Assembly: GCA_963749085.1 (NCBI GenBank)
Contig: CAVVLG010000003.1
Coordinates: forward strand, 80,235-144,234
DNA: 64,000 nucleotides
Direction: 5' to 3'
Source: Candidatus Adlerbacteria bacterium
Lineage (GTDB): Bacteria; Patescibacteriota; Minisyncoccia; Phycocordibacterales; SBAW01
In this document: one piece after another, positions 21,448-29,571 of the stretch
Layout: every line of letters begins with the position of its first letter
Numbering within the stretch: the stretch's first letter is position 1
Translations under genes and position numbers: made by a program
The notes under the pieces: model-generated
The model's input: the letters and a program-made list of their open reading frames with translations, nothing else
Databases searched by the model: none
What the model was told of the DNA's origin: nothing

Positions 21448-24400
21448 TCAGCGGGCGCCTAGCAAACTCAATAGACCACTTAACCCATTCATGAATAGCT
21501 GAAATGGTGCCTCGATAACGGCGGCCATGAAGTTAGCCCCTCCGCCAGAGGCCTGGGACGTACTGGGATTCACAGTGATGGTTATCTGCGCGGTCGCCGA
21601 TCCTGCGCTGTTGATGGCGGTCATCGTGTAGGTCGTCGTCGTCGTGGGGCTGAAGTACGTGACGTTATAGCCGTAGGAAGCTGAATAATTGCCGACGCTG
21701 CCGATGCCATGATCGATAGAAATTGAGGTCGCATTGAGCACGTCCCAGGTGACCAGCACGGATTGTCCTGCCGCAATCGTGGCGTTGCCAGCGAAGTACA
21801 CAATGTAGGGCGTGGGGGGCATCACAACCGTAATTTGTGGACTAGTCGCCAAAACAGTACCGCTACAGTAAATGTTGCCATTTGCCAAAGTATATCCGCC
21901 TCGGCAGAGTTGCAATTGGTAGGTCCCGCCCATTGGCGGCATTGTTATAGTCATAACTGCCTGCCCAGAAGCATTCACACTCGCGGAAGAGACCGCCGGG
22001 GTAATAAACGCAGAACCAGCAGGCTCGGGGTATGGGGCTTCAACTCCGTTCGAGTTAACGACTAATATAACATCTCCCGATTGCTCATTCGGATCAACGA
22101 CAGTCGCGGTCACATAACCCTGAGGACCGACGCTTTGTGGAGACACGGAGACCGAGGGACTGGCCGGATTCACCGTCACGGTCGCAGTGGCAGTCACCGA
22201 GCCCGCGGAGTTAGTGGCGGTCAAGGTGTAGGTGGTGGTCACGGTGGGAGTGACTTGGAGGGAGGTGGCCGTGCCTTCATTGGTGCCGTTGATGAGGAAC
22301 GAGGTTGCGCCGGTGGCACTCCAGGAAAGCGTGGTGGAGTTGCCTGCCGTTATCGTGCTTGGGGAGGCGGAGAAGGAAGAGATGGTGGGGGCGCTTGGAG
22401 CGGGTGTCACCGTCACGGTCGCAGTGGCAGTCACCGAGCCCGCGGAGTTAGTGGCGGTCAAGGTGTAGGTGGTGGTCACGGTGGGAGTGACTTGGAGGGA
22501 GGTGGCCGTGCCTTCATTGGTGCCGTTGATGAGGAACGAGGTTGCGCCGGTGGCACTCCAGGAAAGCGTGGTGGAGTTGCCTGCCGTTATCGTGCTTGGG
22601 GAGGCGGAGAAGGAAGAGATGGTGGGGGCGCTTGGAGCGGGTGTCACCGTCACGGTCGCAGTGGCAGTCACCGAGCCCGCGGAGTTAGTGGCGGTCAAGG
22701 TGTAGGTGGTGGTCACGGTGGGAGTGACTTGGAGGGAGGTGGCCGTGCCTTCATTGGTGCCGTTGATGAGGAACGAGGTTGCGCCGGTGGCACTCCAGGA
22801 AAGCGTGGTGGAGTTGCCTGCCGTTATCGTGCTTGGGGAGGCGGAGAAGGAAGAGATGGTGGGGGCGCTTGGAGCGGGTGTCACCGTCACGGTCGCAGTG
22901 GCAGTCACCGAGCCCGCGGAGTTAGTGGCGGTCAAGGTGTAGGTGGTGGTCACGGTGGGAGTGACTTGGAGGGAGGTGGCCGTGCCTTCATTGGTGCCGT
23001 TGATGAGGAACGAGGTTGCGCCGGTGGCACTCCAGGAAAGCGTGGTGGAGTTGCCTGCCGTTATCGTGCTTGGGGAGGCGGAGAAGGAAGAGATGGTGGG
23101 GGCGGAGGTGGTGACACAGGTACCCCCCGAAAGTACGTAGCCAGCAGGACAGGCCACCGTCACGGTCGCAGTGGCAGTCACCGAGCCCGCGGAGTTAGTG
23201 GCGGTCAAGGTGTAGGTGGTGGTCACGGTGGGAGTGACTTGGAGGGAGGTGGCCGTGCCTTCATTGGTGCCGTTGATGAGGAACGAGGTTGCGCCGGTGG
23301 CACTCCAGGAAAGCGTGGTGGAGTTGCCTGCCGTTATCGTGCTTGGGGAGGCGGAGAAGGAAGAGATGGTGGGGGCGGAGATATTTGTAACGCTTACATT
23401 AGCCGTTGCCATGGGACTGGTTCCCTCTGGGCCGATACACTGCATGCCGGCGCTGTACGTTCCGGCGGAAGAAGGAGTTATGGAGAGCGAACCGCTCGTG
23501 GCATATGTACCGCCGTGGGAGCCGGTACAAGAGGTTGCGTTAGTCGAAGACCAAGTGAATGTAAATGAACTCCCCAGGGTGATGGAGGTCGGATTTGCCG
23601 AAACGCTCACGGTGGGTGCATTCGGGATAACAGGATTCACCGTCACGGTCGCAGTGGCAGTCACCGAGCCCGCGGAGTTAGTGGCGGTCAAGGTGTAGGT
23701 GGTGGTCACGGTGGGAGTGACTTGGAGGGAGGTGGCCGTGCCTTCATTGGTGCCGTTGATGAGGAACGAGGTTGCGCCGGTGGCACTCCAGGAAAGCGTG
23801 GTGGAGTTGCCTGCCGTTATCGTGCTTGGGGAGGCGGAGAAGGAAGAGATGGTGGGGGCGGAGGTGGTCGCGGAGGTGGTCTGCGAGGCGACACAGGTAC
23901 CGTTCAAAGGTACGGAGCTGGGAGAACAGGTCGTCGTCACAGGATTCACCGTCACGGTCGCAGTGGCAGTCACCGAGCCCGCGGAGTTAGTGGCGGTCAA
24001 GGTGTAGGTGGTGGTCACGGTGGGAGTGACTTGGAGGGAGGTGGCCGTGCCTTCATTGGTGCCGTTGATGAGGAACGAGGTTGCGCCGGTGGCACTCCAG
24101 GAAAGCGTGGTGGAGTTGCCTGCCGTTATCGTGCTTGGGGAGGCGGAGAAGGAAGAGATGGTGGGGGCGCTTGGAGCGGGTGTCACCGTCACGGTCGCAG
24201 TGGCAGTCACCGAGCCCGCGGAGTTAGTGGCGGTCAAGGTGTAGGTGGTGGTCACGGTGGGAGTGACTTGGAGGGAGGTGGCCGTGCCTTCATTGGTGCC
24301 GTTGATGAGGAACGAGGTTGCGCCGGTGGCACTCCAGGAAAGCGTGGTGGAGTTGCCTGCCGTTATCGTGCTTGGGGAGGCGGAGAAGGAAGAGATGGTG

Positions 24401-24716
24401 GGGGCGGAGGTGGTTTGTGTAAGTGTTTGCTTACTACCCGAACATGACATTGTCGCACGAGTAGCAGGACCGACGAAGCCATACCCAGTAGTATCAGGAG
24501 AACCTGAGGAGACAATGCCGTGAGATGCCTGGTAGTTTTGTATTGCCTGTTCGGTCAGAGGACCGAAGTAGCCGGTGGTGGGACTTATGCTTAAAAATGA
24601 TTGCAGTTGGGTGACTTCCCCATTAGTTGTCGCATCAGTGACTCCGGCATACAGGTTATACGACAGGTCGATGCAGGAAGGGGCAGATGCGGTGGAGACA
24701 CTAGAACCAGTCTCAA
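21448..24716 (-). pseudogene. C-terminal portion of an IS-disrupted giant cell-surface protein (PG-binding-like segment + 10 Ig-like repeats + C-terminal domain)
   Basis: The reading frame is open from the stop just inside the IS left IR; the first ATG (MSCSGSK) lies at 24450 with no signal peptide; a 'LQSFLSISPTTGYFGPLTEQAIQNYQASHG' PG_binding_1-like segment is encoded upstream of that ATG; 9 identical plus 1 variant 79-aa repeats 'APTISSFSASPSTITAGNSTTLSWSATGATSFLINGT...TYTLTATNSAGSVTATATVTV'. Confidence 0.7.
22170..24410 (-). repeat. tandem 237-bp coding repeats (at least 9 nucleotide-identical copies)
   Basis: Three alternative-frame ORFs (22232, 22469, 22706) translate to identical 78-aa strings, and five more (22943, 23216, 23699, 24008, 24245) share the same 53-residue N-terminus and sit on the same 237-nt register, so the unit is repeated with perfect or near-perfect nucleotide identity. 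Confidence 0.9.
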
Positions 24717-25153
24717 AAATAATGTTTGAGTAATAGCATGATGCACGCGAGCTTCACGAAGGCGGCAAAGTTCTGCAGTTTGTATTCGTAGCGAGTCACG
24801 AGCTTTCTCCAGTTGTGCATCCACGCGAACAGCCGCTCAATCTTCCACCGGCGCTTGTAGGAGCGCAGCGCCCTGCCGTCCTGTGTTGCTCTGCGCACCC
24901 GGCCTCTGCGATGCGGTGAAATGAGTTTGATGCGGTATTTGTTCAGGAGCGTTCCATCCAGCGGATCGGAATCATATGCTCGGTCAGCCGTGAGGCGAAG
25001 CGGATTCTGTCGGGTAAATCGCCGGGCAAGCGTGTCTTCAACCAACCGGACTTCGCTCGGAGAAGCAGAGGCCACATAGACGGCGACTGGAAGAGAGCCT
25101 TCGTCCGCAATCGCCATGATCTTGGTGCCTTTCCCACGCTTCGTGGGTCCCAC
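24713..25153 (-). CDS. IS5-family transposase OrfB (DDE catalytic part, -1 frame)
   Basis: '...LTADRAYDSD...YKRRWKIERLFAWMHNWRKLVTRYEYK' DDE_Tnp_1 C-terminal signature; begins just downstream of the slippery site. Confidence 0.75.
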   Translation of the reverse strand: MGPTKRGKGTKIMAIADEGSLPVAVYVASASPSEVRLVEDTLARRFTRQNPLRLTADRAYDSDPLDGTLLNKYRIKLISPHRRGRVRRATQDGRALRSYKRRWKIERLFAWMHNWRKLVTRYEYKLQNFAAFVKLACIMLLLKHYF

Positions 25154-25485
25154 GCCAAGACCCCCTTTTTTGCCCCCGCGAAGGTGGCATCGAGAAAGCA
25201 GCTCCTGAGCTTGATGCGCCCCCGGTATTCCATGTCCATGGCCAGGGCTTCGACGATGCGGTCAAAGGCGCCGCTCTCCACCCACTGCTGGAACCTGCGA
25301 TGGCAGGTCTGGTAGGGCGGGTAGTCTTTCGGCAGGTGCTTCCACTGGGCGCCGGTCTTCAGTGCCCAGAGGATACCTTCCAGTATCTTGCGGTCGTCCT
25401 GCCGGGGACGGCCGCGGGTTTCCAAACGCTTGAGGGGTGTGACAAACGGAGCGATGACGCTCCACTGCTCGTTGGTGAGAGGCAT
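24943..25485 (-). CDS. IS5-family transposase OrfA (N-terminal DUF4096-type region)
   Basis: 'MPLTNEQWSVIAPFVTPLKR...RKILEGILWALKTGAQWKHLPKDYPPYQTCHRRFQQWVESGAF', the typical IS427/IS1031-group N-terminus; contains 'GAKKG' = GGG GCA AAA AAG GGG slippery heptamer. Confidence 0.75.
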   Translation of the reverse strand: MPLTNEQWSVIAPFVTPLKRLETRGRPRQDDRKILEGILWALKTGAQWKHLPKDYPPYQTCHRRFQQWVESGAFDRIVEALAMDMEYRGRIKLRSCFLDATFAGAKKGVLAWDPRSVGKAPRSWRLRTKALFQSPSMWPLLLRAKSGWLKTRLPGDLPDRIRFASRLTEHMIPIRWMERS

Positions 25486-25518
25486 GGGCAGGCAAATTAC
25501 GGGTAACGCCCTGTGCCT

Positions 25519-26124
25519 TTAGTCTACAACGGTATTTTTGAGATTGGTTCTAGTAGTGGTGGGTGCGGTGGTGGGAGTTTGGGTTGTGGTTTGGGTGGGC
25601 GCGGTGGATGTAGTAGGGACAGTAGGCGCAGTGGTGGACGTGGTAAGAGGAGCTTCAGTTCCCGCGCACACCCTGGCAATAACAGGACGAGTCAGTCCCC
25701 CCACAATACCGTACGCGGGTAATCCATACGTTTGCTGGAACTGGATTACATAGCTCTGCGTCAAGTGACCAAAGTAACCGCTTACGAGGTCATTGGGGTT
25801 GACATTATAGTAATCTGCAAGGAATTTCTGAAGCTCACTCACCTGACCTTGGGGATTAGTGTTGGAATCGGTAGCCCCTCTTGAGAGGGTCTGCGAAAGT
25901 TGCGGGCAATAGTAACCGTTATTAATGGTACCGTTTCCAAAGTCATCTGGTGTGGCTTGGGCGAGCACTACCGCAGCCGGCTGAGGTGAACTCGTTTGCG
26001 TGAGAAAAGTGCTTGTCGTAACTCCGGCAACTGCTATGCCGGTCATCATAAAAAAAGCGGCCACAAATAGGCCGAGATAGGCCGAGGATGCAGCAAACAA
26101 ATTAGCGAATTCGTGATCTTTCAT
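25519..26124 (-). pseudogene. N-terminal fragment of the IS-disrupted surface protein (signal/TM anchor + PG_binding_1 domain + Thr/Pro linker)
   Basis: 'MKDHEFANLFAASSAYLGLFVAAFFMMTGIAVAG' TM/signal; 'QVSELQKFLADYYNVNPNDLVSGYFGHLTQSYVIQFQQTYGLPAYGIVGGLTRPV' peptidoglycan-binding fold; ORF runs through the CTAG duplication into the IS IR and stops 9 codons later. Confidence 0.7.
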
Positions 26125-26164
26125 GCGAACGGATGAGTAAAATAAATAAAAAGAAAGGGCGTCC

Positions 26165-26198
26165 AGCTTGCGCTGGATGCCCTGCTACTTGAAACAGT
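26165..26198 (-). terminator. Rho-independent terminator-like hairpin
   Basis: Perfect 11-bp stem gggcgtccagc/gctggacgccc with 4-nt loop, followed on the minus strand by a UUUCUUUUUAUUUAUU tract. Confidence 0.4.
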
Positions 26199-26342
26199 AG
26201 CATCACTTGCCTACATTTCAAGAAGGTGGTGTGGATAACTTTTTTGATCTATTTTTCGCCCTGGAAAAACCTTTTAGTGAAAAGCCAAACAATGGAGGAG
26301 GCAAAAGTCTTTATTTATTAAGCGTTTTAGAGACTGTTTCTA

Positions 26343-26441
26343 GAGATAAAGGGCACCTGAGTCTGCCGATACTGAATAATCCTGGCGGGAGATGTTGCCG
26401 CGCGAGATACCGAGGTGCGCGGCGGCTTCTTTGGTAGTCAT
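26343..26441 (-). CDS. very small HTH ORF (33 aa)
   Basis: 'MTTKEAAAHLGISRGNISRQ' HTH-like; below the 60-aa ORF-track threshold; found by hand translation. Confidence 0.2.
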
Positions 26442-26458
26442 GACGCAGAGTCTGGCGA

Positions 26459-26647
26459 CTACTTCTTTTTTTGGGTGTCAGAGAGCTTCAGCGTCATCAC
26501 TCCCACAAGTTCCAAGAGCGCTTTGTTCTCCTTCTTGAGCTTCACGATCTGCCCAAGGGTAGGATTGCCCTCCACTCCCTTGGAGAGCCAGTAGTAGATA
26601 GTCTTCGGCGAGACGCCATGTTCTTCTCCCGCCTGGTAGACGGGCAT
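26459..26647 (-). CDS. small HTH + leucine-zipper protein (IS3 OrfA-like or recombination directionality-factor-like)
   Basis: 'GVSPKTIYYWLSK' HTH followed by 'LKKENKALLELVGVMTLKL' heptad, an architecture seen in IS3-family OrfA proteins. Confidence 0.35.
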   Translation of the reverse strand: MPVYQAGEEHGVSPKTIYYWLSKGVEGNPTLGQIVKLKKENKALLELVGVMTLKLSDTQKKK

Positions 26648-26815
26648 ACCTTAGTAGTGCGTCTTCGGGCCGCTCCAGCGATGGGGCGGCCTTTTGCATT
26701 TCAAGCAAGCCCTGTAAACCTTTTCTTACCTACTCCGAGGATCGCGGGGCGCTCTGGACTCCTGGGGCGATTGGCGTCATCCCTGTCCTTGTATTAGCTA
26801 ATCGATACAAGGGAT

Positions 26816-28147
26816 ATGGACACATCAACAATAACGCTGCGTAAGCCCCAAGCGGGCAATCGGCAAGAAGTTAAGCAGGTGCAAGTGCGGTACTGCCTGT
26901 ATGCAAGAAAGAGTACCGAGTCAGAGGAACGCCAAGTATTAAGCATTGACTCCCAAATCAAGGAGATGATGCAGATGGCGGAGCGGGAGAATCTAGAAAT
27001 CGTCGAGATAAAGCGCGAGAGCCACTCGGCCAAGGAGACCGGCCAGCGGCCCATCTTCAACGAGATAGTAGATAACCTGCGTGCCAATAAATACAACGGT
27101 ATATTAACGTGGGCACCGGATCGCATCAGTAGAAACGCCGGTGACTTAGGTTGCATTGTCGACCTCATGGACGCGGGCAAGCTGCATGAGATACGCACGT
27201 TCAGCCAGCGATTTAGCAATAACCCGAATGAAAAGTTCCTCCTAACAATTCTGGGTGGTCAGGCAAAACTTGAAAACGATAACCGAGGCATCAATGTAAA
27301 GCGCGGACTACGCGCTCGCTGCGAGATGGGCCTGTGGCCCGGGTACCCGCCGCTAGGTTACCTTAACCAAAAGCGCATGGATAAGAAATGCCAGCTCATC
27401 GTGGACCCCTTGCGTGCGCCCGTGGTAAAGCAGATATTCGAAAAGGTGGCACATGAGAAGTGGAGTGGCAGACAGGTATACAACTGGCTCAAGTTCAAGC
27501 TCAACTTCTACACGCGCGGAAACAAGCCGCTCACACTCTCGGGTGTGTATCGTATCCTCGATAATCGGTTCTACTACGGGCTCTTCGAGTACCCAAGAAA
27601 AAGCGACAACTGGTACCAGGGGCAACATACGCCGCTAATCAATCAGGAATTATGGGAGAAGGCGCAGGCGCAGCTGACGCGGGACAACATTGTCAGAGAG
27701 AACAAGGAATTCTCCTTCACCAAGCTATTCACGTGCGGGTATTGCGGAAGTGGTATCAGCGCCGAAGAGAAGTGGAAGCCACTCAAGGACGGTACCTCGG
27801 CGCACTACATCTACTATGGCTGCACGCGTGCCAAGGATCGGAACTGCAAAAACAAGTACATACGAGAGGAGGAGTTGATTGAGGAGCTGCTGAAAATCCT
27901 CGATCAAATCAACCTCAATGAGTTGGGTGTTCGCCACAAGATGGAGGACGAGATACGCCGGTTCAACAAGCTGCAGAAAATCGTGAGCGGGACGTCAGCC
28001 ACCACGTTAGTCGAGGACGACGACATCAACATACGCCGCTACGCCAAATACCTGCTCAAGGAAGGGAGCGTTTCTGACAAGCGGGAGCTCTTGGCGAACA
28101 TGCGAAGTAGATTGCTATATAAGGATAAAACGATTACGTTCGCCTAA
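26816..28147 (+). CDS. large serine recombinase (copy 1)
   Basis: Resolvase catalytic N-domain ('YARKSTESEERQVLSIDSQ', catalytic Ser context), recombinase domain and a C-terminal Zn ribbon 'CGYCGS...YYGCTRAKDRNCKNKY'; 443 aa. Confidence 0.85.
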   Translation: MDTSTITLRKPQAGNRQEVKQVQVRYCLYARKSTESEERQVLSIDSQIKEMMQMAERENLEIVEIKRESHSAKETGQRPIFNEIVDNLRANKYNGILTWAPDRISRNAGDLGCIVDLMDAGKLHEIRTFSQRFSNNPNEKFLLTILGGQAKLENDNRGINVKRGLRARCEMGLWPGYPPLGYLNQKRMDKKCQLIVDPLRAPVVKQIFEKVAHEKWSGRQVYNWLKFKLNFYTRGNKPLTLSGVYRILDNRFYYGLFEYPRKSDNWYQGQHTPLINQELWEKAQAQLTRDNIVRENKEFSFTKLFTCGYCGSGISAEEKWKPLKDGTSAHYIYYGCTRAKDRNCKNKYIREEELIEELLKILDQINLNELGVRHKMEDEIRRFNKLQKIVSGTSATTLVEDDDINIRRYAKYLLKEGSVSDKRELLANMRSRLLYKDKTITFA

Positions 28148-28259
28148 CGAAAATGCGGCCACCATGCCGCTCTTTTCGTTCAACTTTTTGTGCTGAGCAT
28201 TGCGGGTCGCACTGACACATCGACATTGCGGGAACACGCCGATACAAAGTTGTCAATGC

Positions 28260-28345
28260 GGAGAGGGTGAGATTCGAACTCACGGTAGGGTTTCCCCCAC
28301 GCCGCATTTCGAGTGCGGTGCCTTCGACCACTCAGCCACCTCTCC
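28260..28345 (-). tRNA. tRNA-Ser (anticodon CGA)
   Basis: Class II tRNA fold by hand: acceptor GGAGAGG/CCTCTCC, anticodon loop CUCGAAA, long variable arm, T-arm GAGTTCGAATCTC; 3' end faces the recombinase gene. Confidence 0.75.
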
Positions 28346-28428
28346 GTTAACCTCAGCAAAATAACATTATTGTACGATTTCAGCAAAACCGCTGACAAAA
28401 AGAGCTTTTTTTGGTATCGTTTTTTGAC

Positions 28429-28501
28429 GCGCGGTTAGCTCAGTTGGTAGAGCATCCCCTTGACGTGGGGAGGGTCGCAGGTTCGAGTCCTGCACCGCGC
28501 A
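28429..28501 (+). tRNA. tRNA-Val (anticodon GAC)
   Basis: Acceptor GCGCGGT/ACCGCGC, D-arm TAGCTCAGTTGGTAGAGCA, anticodon loop TTGACGT, T-arm GCAGGTTCGAGTCCTGC. Confidence 0.8.
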
Positions 28502-28504
28502 CTA

Positions 28505-29557
28505 ATGAAAATCTTGGCAATAGAAACATCGTGCGACGAGACTGGTATCGCGATAGTCGAAGGAGAAAAAACTTCTAAAGGTTTTGTCTTCAAAACACTC
28601 GACGCGACATTACTCTCGCAAGCACAGCTCCACGCTGCCTTCGGCGGCGTCTATCCCAATCTCGCCAAACGCGAACACGAAAAGAATCTGCCGGTACTTT
28701 TTGAAAAATTCGAGAATGAAAAAGTAGATGCGTTGGCGGTAACTGTTGGCCCGGGACTTGAGCCAGCGCTCTGGACCGGTATTACTTATGCACAAAAACT
28801 AGCAGAAGAAAGTCGATTTCCTCTGTTGTCGGTAAATCACATGGAAGGGCATCTTATTTCCTCACTAGTGCAAAACGGGAGACTGGAAAATGTCGAAATG
28901 TCAGTGCTTGCTCTCCTCATCTCCGGAGGTCATACCGAGTTCGTGCTCATGCGGGAATGGTTTCAATATCAAATAATCGGCGAAACGCTCGATGACGCCG
29001 TGGGCGAAGCGTTTGATAAAGTTGCGCGCATGCTCGACCTTCCCTACCCCGGGGGACCTGAAATAAGTAAACTTGCGAGTGCTGCGCGGGAGGAAAACCT
29101 TTCATCGGAAATAACCTTGCCCCGACCTATGCTCGCACATAAAAATTGTGACGTGTCTTTTTCAGGACTGAAAACCGCCGCATTGTATGCCCTGCGCGAG
29201 AAAAGTCTAAACGAGGATGGCAAGAAAGCGTTTGCACGCGAGTTTGAAGACGCGGTTGTCGACGTGTTCGTCGCAAAAACGCGCCGCGCACTTCAGGAGA
29301 CCGCCGCTAAAACGTTCGTAATCGGCGGCGGTGTCGCGGCCAATCGCTATATCCGCGAGCGGCTGGAGCAATTAGTGCTTGAGGAATTCCCTGACACTGA
29401 ACTGCGCCTCCCGGAACTTTCCATAACCGGCGACAATGCGGTAATGATAGCTGAAGTTGCGCTCGCACATCTTCTCTCAGGCGACTGGAAGCTGGAGCAC
29501 AAAGATTTTCAGGAAATCCGAGCGGTCGGCAATCTCTCGATTTCGACCTTAAAATAA
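28505..29557 (+). CDS. tsaD: tRNA N6-threonylcarbamoyladenosine synthase
   Basis: 'MKILAIETSCDETGIAIV' Kae1/TsaD N-terminus and 'IGGGVAANRYIRERL' motif; start placed at the Met directly after tRNA-Val. Confidence 0.88.
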   Translation: MKILAIETSCDETGIAIVEGEKTSKGFVFKTLDATLLSQAQLHAAFGGVYPNLAKREHEKNLPVLFEKFENEKVDALAVTVGPGLEPALWTGITYAQKLAEESRFPLLSVNHMEGHLISSLVQNGRLENVEMSVLALLISGGHTEFVLMREWFQYQIIGETLDDAVGEAFDKVARMLDLPYPGGPEISKLASAAREENLSSEITLPRPMLAHKNCDVSFSGLKTAALYALREKSLNEDGKKAFAREFEDAVVDVFVAKTRRALQETAAKTFVIGGGVAANRYIRERLEQLVLEEFPDTELRLPELSITGDNAVMIAEVALAHLLSGDWKLEHKDFQEIRAVGNLSISTLK

Positions 29558-29571
29558 GGTACGATTCGAAA

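Larger units (their letters stand above)
24705..25549 (-). mobile_element. IS5-family (IS427-like) insertion sequence, about 845 bp, CTAG target duplication
   Basis: 16-bp terminal IRs aaccaGtctcaaaaat (24705-24720) and atttttgagaTtggtt (25534-25549), each flanked by ctag; two overlapping transposase ORFs with an A_AAA_AAG slippery site. Confidence 0.8.

Noticed and set aside
22081-23568. 495-aa plus-strand ORF and a ladder of 78-102-aa ORFs (22232, 22469, 22706, 22943, 23216, 23699, 24008, 24245) rich in Gly/Arg/His
   Set aside because: They are the antisense and alternative-frame readings of the 237-bp coding repeats of the minus-strand adhesin. They show Gly/Arg low complexity and no start context. 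They are useful only as evidence that the repeats are nucleotide-identical.
21448-24450. Possible CRISPR array suggested by regular 237-bp periodicity
   Set aside because: The period is far too long and there are no unique spacers. The repeats are in-frame protein-coding units of an Ig-like domain.
24591-24824. 77-aa ORF spanning the IS left end
   Set aside because: It crosses the IS terminal inverted repeat in a frame unrelated to either the transposase or the disrupted host gene. It is likely spurious.
28134-28398. 65- and 72-aa minus-strand ORFs between recombinase 1 and tsaD
   Set aside because: They overlap the tRNA-Ser gene and its flanks. They are Arg/Ser-rich with no start context.
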